Part shown: positions 48,305 to 58,145 of the stretch, piece by piece
Layout of the letters: every line of letters begins with the position of its first letter
How positions within the stretch are numbered: the stretch's first letter is position 1
From: Candidatus Krumholzibacteriota bacterium
GTDB taxonomy: Bacteria > Krumholzibacteriota > Krumholzibacteriia > JAJRXK01
Assembly (NCBI GenBank): GCA_963727455.1
Contig: CAVSGG010000017.1
Coordinates: 96,001 to 160,000 of the forward strand
Direction of reading: 5' to 3'
Length of the DNA stretch: 64,000 nucleotides
The notes under the pieces: generated by a model
What the model was told of the DNA's origin: nothing
The model's database searches: none
Seen by the model: the letters and a program-made list of their open reading frames with translations, nothing else
Position numbers and translations under genes: made by a program

Positions 48305-50239
48305 ATGCAGAAATCCACCCGTCTGAGAAGTGTGCTGAGCTTGACTGTCTTGCTCGCACTCGTGCTCGCGGCCGGCATGGCCCGGGCCATTCCCGACACC
48401 GATCAACGCGACAAGATCCCCGAGCAGTACAAGTGGAGAGTCACCGACATCTACCCCGATTGGGATGCCTGGGAGAAGGGCTACTCCGATCTGGAGGGCA
48501 TGATCAACGACTTCAAGAGCTTCAAGGGCACCCTGGCCGAGGGCCCGGAGTTTCTGCTCAAGTGCTACCAGCAGCAGGACAAGATGGGACAGATCGCCTA
48601 CAAGGTGTGGTCCTTCGCCAGCCTTCAGCACGATCAGGACCTGCGCGACACCAACATCGACAGCTATCGCCAGCGCGCGCAGACGCTGTTCGCCCAGTGG
48701 TCGCAAGCCACCTCTTGGTTCCAACCTGAGCTGCTGAAGATTCCCCATGAGACCATGGAGAAGTGGCTCGACGAAAACGATGACCTGGCTCTTTACCGCT
48801 TTGCGATCGAGGACTTGTACCGTCAGCAGGAGCATGTGCTCGACGAGCAGGGTGAGAAGCTGCTCGCTTACAGCTCGCAGTTCAACAGCAGTCCTTCCAA
48901 CATCTACGCCATGCTCTGTACCGCCGACGTGCAGTGGCCCACCGTCACTCTCAGCGACGGCGAGGATCTTACCGTCACCTCTGGCCAGTACTACGCGCGC
49001 ATGGAGAGTGAGCGGAAGCGCTCCGACCGCGAGTTGATCTGGCGCGCGTTCCTGGAAACTTTCAAGAAGGACATCAACACCTACACGGCCATTTACAGCG
49101 CGCTCTGCCAACGCGATTGGGGTCTAGCGCAGGCCCGCGGCTACCAGTCCACTCTGGATGCCGCTCTGGACAACAACAACATCCCGACCTCGGTAGTGGA
49201 GAACCTCATCGACGTGGCCAAGAAGGGCGCGGGCCCCTTGCAGCGCTACTACGCAGTGCGCCGCAAGCTTCTGCACGAGGACAAGGTCGCCATCTACGAT
49301 GGTTACGTCTCGCTCGTTCCGAACGAGAAGAAATATTCCTATGAGGAAGCCAAGAAGATGGTGCTCGCCTCAGTGAGGGTGCTGGGCGACGAGTACTACA
49401 ACACGATGAAGAAGGGATTCGAGAACCGTTGGATCGACGTGTACGAGAACGCGGGCAAGCGCAGCGGGGCCTATAGCTCGGGCGTGTACGGCGTGCATCC
49501 CTACATGTTGTTGAACTACACCGATGGTCTCAGTGATGTCTTCACCCTGGCACATGAGTTCGGGCACACCATGCACTCGGTTCTGGCGACAGAGCATCAG
49601 CCCTTCGTGTACAGCGACTACACCATCTTCGTGGCCGAGGTCGCTTCGACTCTGAACGAGGGCCTTCTGCTCGACTACTGGATGGCGCACACCAAGGATC
49701 CCTACGAGCGTATCAATCTGCTCCAGCACGCTATCGATCAGATCGCCCTGACCTTCTACCGGCAAACCTGTTTCGCCGACTGGGAGCTGCAGGCGCATCG
49801 CATGGTCGAAGAGGGCAAGCCGGTCACCAGCGACAACCTTAGCCAGCTCTATCTCGATCTACTGCGGCAGTATTACGGACCCGACACCGACATTGACGAA
49901 CTCTACGGAGCCACCTGGTCGCGGATTCCGCACTTCTTCCGTAGTCCCTACTACGTCTACCAGTACGCCACCTGCTTCGCTTCTTCGGCCGCACTGCTCA
50001 AGGACATCCGCAGCAAGGATCAGAAGGTGAGCAAGGCGGCGGTGAAGCGGCATCTGGCGCTGCTCTCCGCCGGGGGCAGCGATTATCCCATGAACGAGTT
50101 GAAGACGGCGGGAGTCGACCTGACTCAACGCCAGACTTTCCAGGCCGTCATCGATCAGATGGACCACCTGGTCACTTTGCTCGAACAGGAAGTCGCCAAG
50201 TTGCCGGAGAAGAAGGACGACAAGAACGGCAAGATGTAG
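48305..50239 (+). CDS. pepF: Oligoendopeptidase F (M3B) with signal peptide
   Basis: GKRSGAYS, HPYMLLNY, HEFGH, IFVAEVAST.NE, WSRIPHF..YYVYQYA. Confidence 0.93.
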   Translation: MQKSTRLRSVLSLTVLLALVLAAGMARAIPDTDQRDKIPEQYKWRVTDIYPDWDAWEKGYSDLEGMINDFKSFKGTLAEGPEFLLKCYQQQDKMGQIAYKVWSFASLQHDQDLRDTNIDSYRQRAQTLFAQWSQATSWFQPELLKIPHETMEKWLDENDDLALYRFAIEDLYRQQEHVLDEQGEKLLAYSSQFNSSPSNIYAMLCTADVQWPTVTLSDGEDLTVTSGQYYARMESERKRSDRELIWRAFLETFKKDINTYTAIYSALCQRDWGLAQARGYQSTLDAALDNNNIPTSVVENLIDVAKKGAGPLQRYYAVRRKLLHEDKVAIYDGYVSLVPNEKKYSYEEAKKMVLASVRVLGDEYYNTMKKGFENRWIDVYENAGKRSGAYSSGVYGVHPYMLLNYTDGLSDVFTLAHEFGHTMHSVLATEHQPFVYSDYTIFVAEVASTLNEGLLLDYWMAHTKDPYERINLLQHAIDQIALTFYRQTCFADWELQAHRMVEEGKPVTSDNLSQLYLDLLRQYYGPDTDIDELYGATWSRIPHFFRSPYYVYQYATCFASSAALLKDIRSKDQKVSKAAVKRHLALLSAGGSDYPMNELKTAGVDLTQRQTFQAVIDQMDHLVTLLEQEVAKLPEKKDDKNGKM

Positions 50240-50269
50240 CGCGGATTGCTTCAGAAGCGATCACGAACG

Positions 50270-50305
50270 GCGCGCTGTCCGGAGGGGCGGCGCGCTGATT
50301 ATTTT
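50270..50305 (+). terminator. Rho-independent terminator after pepF
   Basis: 11-bp GC-rich stem (GCGCGCTGTCC/GGGCGGCGCGC, with G-U pairs), 4-nt loop, then TGATTATTTT. Confidence 0.6.
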
Positions 50306-50343
50306 CCCTTGGAAAAGGGGAGAGAGAAGCGAAGAGTCGAAGA

Positions 50344-51753
50344 TCAGTCCGCGCCGCTGCGCAGTTGGGTTAGTAAGGACTTAATGAGGCCCGCGGGGAA
50401 AACCTCGCCTTCCTGCAGCGCGGGAGCGAACTCTTCCAGCGCCTGAGCGACCTGGGCAAAGTCCCGGGGCACAGAGGCGCCTACGCCGTCATCGTCGCCA
50501 GCCGCGCTGCCGCTCAAAATCATGTCCAGCTCGGGCAGATTCTTGCCGTGAATCATGGACTGCGCCGCGGCGGCGAGCAGCAAGTAGGGCTGCACCGATC
50601 CGTCCGCGAGGCGAAATTCGATGGTGGGGGGAGTGACCGCGCTGCCGTCCTCGCTCACCGCCTGAATGGGCAGACGCACCAGCGCGTGACGGTTGAACCG
50701 CCCCCAGGTGATGGACGAAGGGGCTTCCTTGCCCTGGCTAAGACGCAGGAAGGAGTCCTCGCTGCGGTTGCCGAAGGCCATCAATGCTCCGCCCATGGTC
50801 ACGAGTCCCCCGATGAGCCAGCGAGCTTCATCCGAGAGATTTCCCGCCTCATCCATTCCTCCAAGATGCTGCTTGTCCTTGAAGGGGGAGAAGTGGAAGT
50901 GCATGCCGCTCCCGGCGTGCCCTGCGCGCAGGATGGGATCGAAGGAGCAGGGCATGCCGTGTAGGCGCGCCAGATGGCGCAGCACCCACTGGGTGAGCAC
51001 GACTCCCTCGGCAGCATCGGGCAGAGGCCTCAGCGCCAGCTCGATCTCGTGCTGTTCCCAGATGTGACCGTCGGCTTCGCTGGCCTCGATGTAGCCCACC
51101 TCGCTGTGAGCGTACTTTACGCATACGCCGATCTCGGTGAGGATGGCCAAGGCTTCGCGGCGCAAGGCCTCTCCGAAGACGAAGGGAGCCGTGGCATGGT
51201 AGCCACGATCACGGCTGCCGTAGACGTCGCTCTCCTCGGCCCGCTTGCCCAGGAAGTACTCCACCTCGCCGAGGGCGAGCAGCTCCACTCCAGTGAGCTC
51301 TTTCACGCGCTCGAAAGCGCGCCGCACGATGGTGTCGGGCGACTGGGGCAGGGGACTGCCGTCGCGACCCATGTGCTCACAGAAGAAGGCCAGGGTGGGA
51401 TAGGGGCTGAAGGGATCGAAGAAGGCGCTGCCGATCCGCGGGCGCAACACGATGTCGCTGGCGCCCGCCTTGATTCCCGTGTCTGCGAAGAGCGAGGAGC
51501 CGTCAGCACGCTCACCGGCGGCTAGAATCTCACGGAGATGCTCCTGGCTGCGCGGAGCGAAGTCGAGGGTCTTCAAGCAGCCGTCGCTGCCCACGTGCAT
51601 GAGCGCAACAGTGCGCACTCCGCTGTCCTGCACCACGCGCACCATGTCGTGGATGGTCCACTGGCTGCGGGGCTTTCCCAAGAAGCGGCGAACACGACCG
51701 GCGGGGAGGGGAGTGAGATCCTGATCGATCCAGTGCCGGGTCGTGGAAGTCAT
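50344..51753 (-). CDS. Glutamine synthetase family protein (GSI-like)
   Basis: DGSS, GEVEY, HSEVG, QHEIE, AGSGMHFH, EAP, NR.ALVR.P and IEFR motifs. Confidence 0.85.
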   Translation of the reverse strand: MTSTTRHWIDQDLTPLPAGRVRRFLGKPRSQWTIHDMVRVVQDSGVRTVALMHVGSDGCLKTLDFAPRSQEHLREILAAGERADGSSLFADTGIKAGASDIVLRPRIGSAFFDPFSPYPTLAFFCEHMGRDGSPLPQSPDTIVRRAFERVKELTGVELLALGEVEYFLGKRAEESDVYGSRDRGYHATAPFVFGEALRREALAILTEIGVCVKYAHSEVGYIEASEADGHIWEQHEIELALRPLPDAAEGVVLTQWVLRHLARLHGMPCSFDPILRAGHAGSGMHFHFSPFKDKQHLGGMDEAGNLSDEARWLIGGLVTMGGALMAFGNRSEDSFLRLSQGKEAPSSITWGRFNRHALVRLPIQAVSEDGSAVTPPTIEFRLADGSVQPYLLLAAAAQSMIHGKNLPELDMILSGSAAGDDDGVGASVPRDFAQVAQALEEFAPALQEGEVFPAGLIKSLLTQLRSGAD

Positions 51754-51824
51754 GGTCGAGCCTTTCGGAAACCAGCAGAACCGGCCCTGGGCTCCTGTGC
51801 TGTGGCCGAGTTCTGTGCCTTCGA

Positions 51825-51911
51825 TGGTGCCCGGAGGGAGACTCGAACTCCCACGAGGTTGCCCCCACTACGACCTGAACGTAGCGCGTCTGCCAATTCC
51901 GCCATCCGGGC
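51825..51911 (-). tRNA. tRNA-Leu (CAG)
   Basis: GCCCGGA acceptor stem, CTACG-TTCAGGT-CGTAG anticodon arm, long variable arm, GTTCGAG T-loop, encoded CCA. Confidence 0.97.
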
Positions 51912-51953
51912 GCCCTTTCAGCACGAGGAACTTGGCTCCTCGGCGGGGAACGG

Positions 51954-51982
51954 AGAATAGTCAGGGCCCAAGCGGGTGTCAA
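51954..51982 (-). promoter_or_regulatory. Sigma70 promoter of tRNA-Leu, TTGACA-17-TATTCT
   Basis: Perfect -35 box, 17-bp spacer, near-consensus -10 box. Confidence 0.75.
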
Positions 51983-52058
51983 GAAAGGGCCCGATCCCGC
52001 CGTTGCCCCAAGGGGCGCTGTCTGTTAGCTTGATTCTCCGCCGGGGGAGAGGACGGAA

Positions 52059-52562
52059 ATGGCAGGCAAGAAGCGCTCGACCAAGGCCCAGAGCGATGTC
52101 AAATTCATTGCTCGCAACCGTAAGGCGCGCTTCAACTTCGAATTCCTCGAGCGTTTTGAAGCTGGTCTGGTTCTTCAGGGCACGGAAGTCAAGAGCCTGC
52201 GCGCAGGTCAGTGCAATTTGGGGGACGCCTACGCGGAGATCCGCAAGGGAGAGCTCTGGCTCAAGAACCTGCACATTTCTCCGTACGAACAAGCCAGCCG
52301 CGAGAATCACGATCCCCTGCGGGCGAGGAAACTCCTCATGCACCGCAAGGAGATCAGGCGCCTGGAGGGAAAGGTCGCCGAGAGAGGGCTCACCCTGGTC
52401 GCGGTGAGCCTGTACTTCAAGAAGGGCAAGGCCAAGTGTGAGCTCGCGCTGGCGCGTGGAAAGAAGATGCACGACAAGCGAGCCAGTGCGGCGGACAAGG
52501 ACATGGAACGCAAGGTCCGCAATGCCATGCGAGGCGGGATGCGCCGCCGCGGACAGGAGTAG
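52059..52562 (+). CDS. smpB: SsrA-binding protein
   Basis: NRKARFNF, EAGLVLQGTEVKSLR, HISPY, RKLLMH..EI, GKK.HDKR. Confidence 0.98.
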   Translation: MAGKKRSTKAQSDVKFIARNRKARFNFEFLERFEAGLVLQGTEVKSLRAGQCNLGDAYAEIRKGELWLKNLHISPYEQASRENHDPLRARKLLMHRKEIRRLEGKVAERGLTLVAVSLYFKKGKAKCELALARGKKMHDKRASAADKDMERKVRNAMRGGMRRRGQE

Positions 52563-52567
52563 GGCGA

Positions 52568-54142
52568 GTGGCAGATAGACGGCGATCCACTCTGAAATCG
52601 GCCCTGGACGTGGGCTTGATTCTCACCCTGGGGCTTTTGTTGCTAGTCGCTTCGAGTTCCCGGCTCGCCGCCCAAGAATCCTCTCAAAAGCAATTCGCGG
52701 CGCGCTCCGCCCGGATCAATCCGGGTGAGGGACGCCCTTCCATGACGGTTACGCTCAAACAGCTCTCGCCTCCCAGCGAAGAGTGGTACATCGCGGGCAG
52801 CGATCTCGCCGATGCACTTCAGGTCGGGAGGTTTTGGCGGGCGGATGTCCGCAAGCTAGTGCTGCGCTTGCAGGACCTGCGCGTCACCTTCACCGCGGGC
52901 GCGCGCTCGGTGGTCAGTGAGAAAAGCACGATCCTCTTGCGCACTCCGGTGGTTTTCCACCAGGGCGAACCCTGGATTCCCATGGAATTCTTCACCTCCG
53001 TTCTGCCCCAGCTCAGTGACAAGTCGGTGCGTTGGAACGCGGACGACTTCACGCTGAATCTGGGTGTGCGCATCACCAACGTACAGGGACTCAGCTTCGA
53101 GCAGGGCGATCTCTACACCCAACTCGTGGTGAAACTGAATACTCCGCTGGCGTTTCGCGTGGACGACAGTCAGCCGCGACAACTCGTGGTCAAGCTCTAT
53201 GGGGCACGGATCTCCCCTGGGGCGCTCACCGTCACTCAACCGCGGGGTTTGGTCGACAACGTGGAAGCCAGGCAGTACAGCGACTACGCCCTGCTAACGG
53301 TACATCTCAGCGAGCTGGTGAGCCGCTACCAGTCCTTGAGCCGCGCTGACGGACGCGAGATCGTGCTGAAGGTGATGCAAGAACCCATCACCACCATCCC
53401 CGAACCGGTTCCGCGCGGGCCGAAGATCGTGCAGACTCTGCCGTCCACGGAAGTAGGCAGGAAGGTTACGGTGCGGCGCGTGATCATCGATGCGGGCCAC
53501 GGCGGCGCGGACGACGGGAAGAAGGGAGTCGGCGGCCTTTTGGAGAAGGACGTCACTCTGGCCATCGCTCTCGAGCTGAAGCGCGAGTTGCAGGGCAAGG
53601 ACGGTATCCAGGTCTTTCTCACTCGCGACGACGATTCGACGGTGGGACTCATCGAGCGCACGGAATTCGCCAATCAACAACGCGGCGACCTCTTCCTCTC
53701 GATTCATTGCAACGGTTGGTACGCTCCCGACGCCAAAGGGGTGGAGACCTATTTCTTATCTCCCGCGAAAACACAGTGGGACTCCACCGTCGCGCGCGAG
53801 GAAAATCTCACCACTGGTGTCGCCCAGGACGTCGACTTCATCGTTTGGGACTTGGTCCAGAACCAGTTCATCCAGGAGAGCGCGACTTTGGCCGAAGAGG
53901 TTCAACAGGGCCTTTCCAGCGATCTGAAGCTGGACAACCGCGGCGTGAAGCAGGCGGGATTCCGCGTTCTGGTCGGAGCATACATGCCGGCGATTTTGGT
54001 GGAAGTGGCGTTTCTCTCCAATCCGCAAGAAGCAAAGCTTTTGGCTTCCCGGGATTTTCACCGACGCGTGGCGCATTCCTTGGCGCAGGCGATCCTGAAA
54101 TTCCGTGATCGGATGGAAGCGGTGCGGGAGGAAAAGCCGTGA
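52568..54142 (+). CDS. N-acetylmuramoyl-L-alanine amidase (Amidase_3, with AMIN-like N-terminal domains)
   Basis: IDAGHGG, EKDVTL, LTR, FLSIHCN, PAILVEVAFLSN; signal peptide. Confidence 0.92.
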   Translation: MADRRRSTLKSALDVGLILTLGLLLLVASSSRLAAQESSQKQFAARSARINPGEGRPSMTVTLKQLSPPSEEWYIAGSDLADALQVGRFWRADVRKLVLRLQDLRVTFTAGARSVVSEKSTILLRTPVVFHQGEPWIPMEFFTSVLPQLSDKSVRWNADDFTLNLGVRITNVQGLSFEQGDLYTQLVVKLNTPLAFRVDDSQPRQLVVKLYGARISPGALTVTQPRGLVDNVEARQYSDYALLTVHLSELVSRYQSLSRADGREIVLKVMQEPITTIPEPVPRGPKIVQTLPSTEVGRKVTVRRVIIDAGHGGADDGKKGVGGLLEKDVTLAIALELKRELQGKDGIQVFLTRDDDSTVGLIERTEFANQQRGDLFLSIHCNGWYAPDAKGVETYFLSPAKTQWDSTVAREENLTTGVAQDVDFIVWDLVQNQFIQESATLAEEVQQGLSSDLKLDNRGVKQAGFRVLVGAYMPAILVEVAFLSNPQEAKLLASRDFHRRVAHSLAQAILKFRDRMEAVREEKP

Positions 54143-54699
54143 AGATCCCGCGCTGGTTGGTTGGAACGATCGCAGTGGTGCTGATCTTGGGGGGAGGAGT
54201 CTTTGTCTGGGAGGAATTTTTCCACCAAAAGCGCGCGCCGGAGGAGCTCGAGATCACCGAGCCCTTGGACGAGCAGGGAATGCGCAGTGTCACCCTCTAC
54301 TTCGGAGGGCGTAAGGCCGAGGGCTTCGTCAGCGAACGGCGCATCATTACCGCTTCCCTGCATCGCGATGAAGAAGTTCAGGAGGTAGTGAAGGAGCTGC
54401 TGAGGGGGCCCAAGAGCGCCAACGCCGTACGTACCTGGCCCGAAGGCACCGCGCTGCGCGACGTTTTCTACGACGACGATCTCCACCTGCTGTATCTCGA
54501 TTTCAATACTGCCTTGGTTTCCGGGGATACTGGTGGCAGTGCCATGGAAACCATGACGCTCGGCGCGCTATTGCGTACCATCGCCGTCGACTTCCCCGAA
54601 GTGGATGCGGTGCAGATCTTGGTGAATGGTCTCGAGGTCGAGACACTCGCCGGTCACATCGATTGCACCAAGCCCTTTCATCCACGCGAGTGGCTCTAG
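54139..54699 (+). CDS. GerMN domain protein
   Basis: TM anchor, VTLYF, LLRGP, VQILVNG..ETLAGH; typical amidase-gerM-murI-rph context. Confidence 0.85.
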   Translation: MKIPRWLVGTIAVVLILGGGVFVWEEFFHQKRAPEELEITEPLDEQGMRSVTLYFGGRKAEGFVSERRIITASLHRDEEVQEVVKELLRGPKSANAVRTWPEGTALRDVFYDDDLHLLYLDFNTALVSGDTGGSAMETMTLGALLRTIAVDFPEVDAVQILVNGLEVETLAGHIDCTKPFHPREWL

Positions 54700-54740
54700 A
54701 CTCCAATCCGGCGCGGGGATGATCCGCGCACAGCACACCC

Positions 54741-55610
54741 ATGGACCCAAGACCTATCGGGGTATTCGACAGCGGCGTCGGCGGACTTACCGTCTTGCGG
54801 GCGCTTCGCGAGCGCCTGCCCAAAGAGAGCTTCGTGTATCTGGGAGATACCGCCCGCGTGCCCTACGGCACCAAGGGTGTGGCCACCATTCGCCGTTTCG
54901 CACTGCAAGCTGCCCGCTATCTGGAGTCGCGCGGGGTGAAACGTTTGGTGGTCGCGTGTAACACCGCCAGTTCCTACGCCATCGACATCCTGCGCGAGAA
55001 ATGCTCGGTACCGGTGGAGGGCGTGGTGGAGCCGGGAGTGGAGGCAGCGCTGCGGGTGAGCCAGGGGCACGTCGGGGTCATCGGAACTCCGGCTACCATT
55101 GCCAGTGATCGCTACGGCGAACTCTTGCGCGCGGCCAAACCGGAGATGCGCGTGGAAAGCCAGCACTGCCCTCTCTTCGTGCCTCTGGCCGAGGAAGGTT
55201 GGACGGACGATGCCATCGCCCTCAGCGTGGCCGAACGCTATCTCGCCGGTCTGCGGCGCGCCGGGATTGACACCCTCATTCTAGGCTGCACGCACTATCC
55301 ACTGCTCAAACATGCCATCGCGCAGGTGATGGGGGAGAAGGTGACACTGGTCGATTCGGCTCTGGTGCTGGCGGAGGCGGTGGAAAAAGACCTGCGGAAG
55401 GGTGACGCCCTCTCGGACGGACCGGGGAGCGTGCAACTCGTGGTCAGCGACCTCCCCCAGCGCTTCGCCGAGATCAGCCGGCGCTTCCTGCTCACCGAGG
55501 TGCCCGAAGTGGAAGTGGTGGATCTCGAGTTGGTGCCGGCTTCGACTCAGGCGGCAGCGAAAAGCGCGAGTAAAGACAAGAGTCAACCCGCGGGAAAGGA
55601 TCCCTCATGA
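54741..55610 (+). CDS. murI: Glutamate racemase
   Basis: FDSGVGGLTV, GDTARVPYG, VACNTAS, LGCTHYP. Confidence 0.98.
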   Translation: MDPRPIGVFDSGVGGLTVLRALRERLPKESFVYLGDTARVPYGTKGVATIRRFALQAARYLESRGVKRLVVACNTASSYAIDILREKCSVPVEGVVEPGVEAALRVSQGHVGVIGTPATIASDRYGELLRAAKPEMRVESQHCPLFVPLAEEGWTDDAIALSVAERYLAGLRRAGIDTLILGCTHYPLLKHAIAQVMGEKVTLVDSALVLAEAVEKDLRKGDALSDGPGSVQLVVSDLPQRFAEISRRFLLTEVPEVEVVDLELVPASTQAAAKSASKDKSQPAGKDPS

Positions 55611-56350
55611 GCCGTCCCAAGGACCGTAAGCCGCACGCATTGCGATCGGTGAAGATCACACCTCACTACTTGCGTCACGCCGAGGGCTCCGCGCTCATCG
55701 AAATGGGCGAGACCAAGGTGGTGTGCGCCGCATCCATCGCTCCGGGAGTTCCGCGCTGGCGCAGAGACAGCGGCTTGGGTTGGGTGACCTCCGAGTACGG
55801 GATGCTCCCGCGCGCCACCAACGAACGCACCATGCGCGAGCGTGGCCACGTGGGGGGGCGCACCAGCGAAATCCAACGGCTCATTGGACGCAGTTTGCGC
55901 TCGGTGACCGACATGGGGATTTTCGGCGAGTTCACATTGACTGTCGACTGCGACGTGATCGAGGCCGACGGCGGCACCCGGACGGCGAGTATCACCGGGG
56001 GCAGCGTCGCGCTGTGGATCGCGCTGGAGCGCATGAGGCGCAAGCTGCGTCTGAGCCAGCATCCCATGGCCTGCCATGTGGGCGCGGTCAGCGTGGGCAT
56101 CGTCGAAAACGAGATCGTGCTGGATCTGGAGTACGTCGAGGACTCCATGGCCGAGGTGGACATGAACGTGGTGATGACGGGTAAGGGGAAGTTCGTGGAG
56201 ATCCAGGGCACGGCCGAAGGAGAAAACGCGGCTTTCGACGACGCGCAGCTGCAAGCCATGCTGAATCTGGCGCGCGGTGGAATTCAACTTCTGGGAAAGA
56301 TCCAATCCCAGGCCTGCGAGATCGCCATGAAGACGATGGAGGAGCGTTGA
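55607..56350 (+). CDS. rph: Ribonuclease PH
   Basis: EYGMLPRAT, GRTSEIQRLIGRSLR, ADGGTRTASITG, EIQGTAE. Confidence 0.98.
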   Translation: MSRPKDRKPHALRSVKITPHYLRHAEGSALIEMGETKVVCAASIAPGVPRWRRDSGLGWVTSEYGMLPRATNERTMRERGHVGGRTSEIQRLIGRSLRSVTDMGIFGEFTLTVDCDVIEADGGTRTASITGGSVALWIALERMRRKLRLSQHPMACHVGAVSVGIVENEIVLDLEYVEDSMAEVDMNVVMTGKGKFVEIQGTAEGENAAFDDAQLQAMLNLARGGIQLLGKIQSQACEIAMKTMEER

Positions 56351-57000
56351 TGGGGAAGGCCCGGGTACTCGTCCTCGCCACGCGCAACCGCGACAAGCTG
56401 AGCGAGATGCGGCGGCTCTTCGCCGATCTTCCTCTGGAGGATCTGCGCTGTGCTCTCGACTTTCCGCAGCTGGAGGAGGTCGAGGAGACGGGAACGACCC
56501 TGGCGGAAAACGCACTGCTGAAAGCGCACGCGGTGGCACAAGCTACCGGCTTGATGAGCGTGGGTGACGACACCGGACTCTTCGTGGATGCACTCGCGGG
56601 TGCGCCCGGCATCTACGCCGCGCGCTACGCGGGCGAGGGTTGCACCTACTCCGACAACCGCGAGAAACTGCTGCGCGAGTTGGCTTCCGCTCCCGCACCG
56701 CGGCGAGCGCGCTTCAAGACCGTTATGGCTCTGGTGGATCCGCAGGGTGAAAATGGCGCAGGCGAGCACGTGGTGGAAGGGGTGCTCGAGGGGGAGATCA
56801 TCCGCGAGATGCGCGGCGACGGCGGCTTCGGATACGATCCCGTATTCCTTTTGCCGGCGGAGGGCCGCACCCTGGCGGAAATGTCGCTGGAGGAGAAGAA
56901 TCGCATCAGCCACCGGGCCCAGGCGGCGGCGGCGATGCACGAGTATTTGCGAGAGTATCTGGCGAAAAACTCTCAGCGCGGCGCGCGAGGCTCGGCGTGA
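56350..57000 (+). CDS. rdgB: Non-canonical purine NTP pyrophosphatase (dITP/XTPase)
   Basis: ATRN..K, ENA..KA, DDTGL, PGIYAARY, GFGYDP.F, KN.ISHR. Confidence 0.96.
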   Translation: MGKARVLVLATRNRDKLSEMRRLFADLPLEDLRCALDFPQLEEVEETGTTLAENALLKAHAVAQATGLMSVGDDTGLFVDALAGAPGIYAARYAGEGCTYSDNREKLLRELASAPAPRRARFKTVMALVDPQGENGAGEHVVEGVLEGEIIREMRGDGGFGYDPVFLLPAEGRTLAEMSLEEKNRISHRAQAAAAMHEYLREYLAKNSQRGARGSA

Positions 57001-57026
57001 GGGAGCTGCCGCGGGCGGGACTCAGC

Positions 57027-57055
57027 TTGACGGAAGGCCGATTTGTGGCGAGATT
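57027..57055 (+). promoter_or_regulatory. Putative promoter of tRNA-Pro, TTGACG-17-GAGATT
   Basis: Good -35 box, 17-bp spacer, weaker -10 box, 20 bp before the tRNA. Confidence 0.5.
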
Positions 57056-57075
57056 CTCCGTCCCCTTCGAACGGT

Positions 57076-57152
<77 letters not shown>

Positions 57153-57180
57153 AGTTTGCCTCTCCGCATTGATGGTTACG

Positions 57181-57213
57181 CAAAAACAAGCCCCGCTTCA
57201 TGCGACGCGGGGC
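57181..57213 (-). terminator. Probable intrinsic terminator between tRNA-Pro and the convergent gene
   Basis: GCCCCGC/GCGGGGC stem followed on the minus strand by TTGTTTTTG. Confidence 0.55.
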
Positions 57214-57245
57214 CCGTTTCGTTCGTTCGAACGTACTCCTCGCGA

Positions 57246-57893
57246 CTAGTAACGAGCCTTCATCGCGCCCCAGCTGTTGATGCTGGTGGGAACCGGCTGT
57301 AGACAGTTGCTGTCCAGCGAGCCGTTGGCTTCGCCCGGCGTGATGCAGCGCGGACTGAAGTCCACGTTGTTCTGATCCGTATCCACGCCATCGGGATAGC
57401 GCGAAATGCCGAGGTAATCGATGCTAGGATCGTCGACCAATCCGACTCCCGAGCCTTCGGTGTACGGAGCATCGGTATCACCCTCGTAGCTGACGGCGTC
57501 GACGAGAATGTTGTTCGCGTCGCGCAACCCCACCGCATCGGGGGCACCGTTCTGGATGAGATTGGTGTCCGGGGTGATATCGAGATCGCAGTGAATGGTA
57601 TTGGCGGTGTTTGCGCAGATGACGTAGTAATCCCCGGCTGCCAGGGAGTAGGCCGGCAGAGTGATGCTTTGATACACCGTAGCGGTGCTACCGTTCACCA
57701 GCTCCACGACCCATCCGTCCAAATCGACGGCGCTCCCACTGACGTTCTTCAATTCGAGGAACTCGGCGGTATCGGTTCCGCTCTGGTCGTAGTCGATCTC
57801 GTTGATGACGATCTGGGCCATGACCAGCGTGGCGCTGAGAAGAAGAATGAGGGCTGCCATCGAGCCCGTGAGGGCCATTCGCGTAAGTCTCAT
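57246..57893 (-). CDS. Secreted lamin-tail-domain (LTD) protein with C-terminal SWGxxK tail
   Basis: Signal peptide ending VMA-Q; LTD motifs IVINEIDY, EFLELKN, DLDGW, DAVSY and TPG..N; ends VPTSINSWGAMKARY. Confidence 0.85.
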   Translation of the reverse strand: MRLTRMALTGSMAALILLLSATLVMAQIVINEIDYDQSGTDTAEFLELKNVSGSAVDLDGWVVELVNGSTATVYQSITLPAYSLAAGDYYVICANTANTIHCDLDITPDTNLIQNGAPDAVGLRDANNILVDAVSYEGDTDAPYTEGSGVGLVDDPSIDYLGISRYPDGVDTDQNNVDFSPRCITPGEANGSLDSNCLQPVPTSINSWGAMKARY

Positions 57894-58145
57894 GGAGGCT
57901 TCCTTTCGTTGGGCTTTTTCGGGAGGCGAAGCCACGTCGGGACCATTCCTGGCTTCCTTGGTCAGGATCTTTATCAATGAGAAGGACCTATTCGTGCAAT
58001 GCCCCCGAAGCTGGATCTAAGAGTCTCTTCGTGAGCATACACTAGGAGAGCGAGCGAAGTCGATGCGCTTCGCGGAATCCGGGCGCCCGCCCGTGCGAAC
58101 GCGCGCTCAACCCTAGGTCTACCATGGAGTTCGAGAAGCCGCGAA

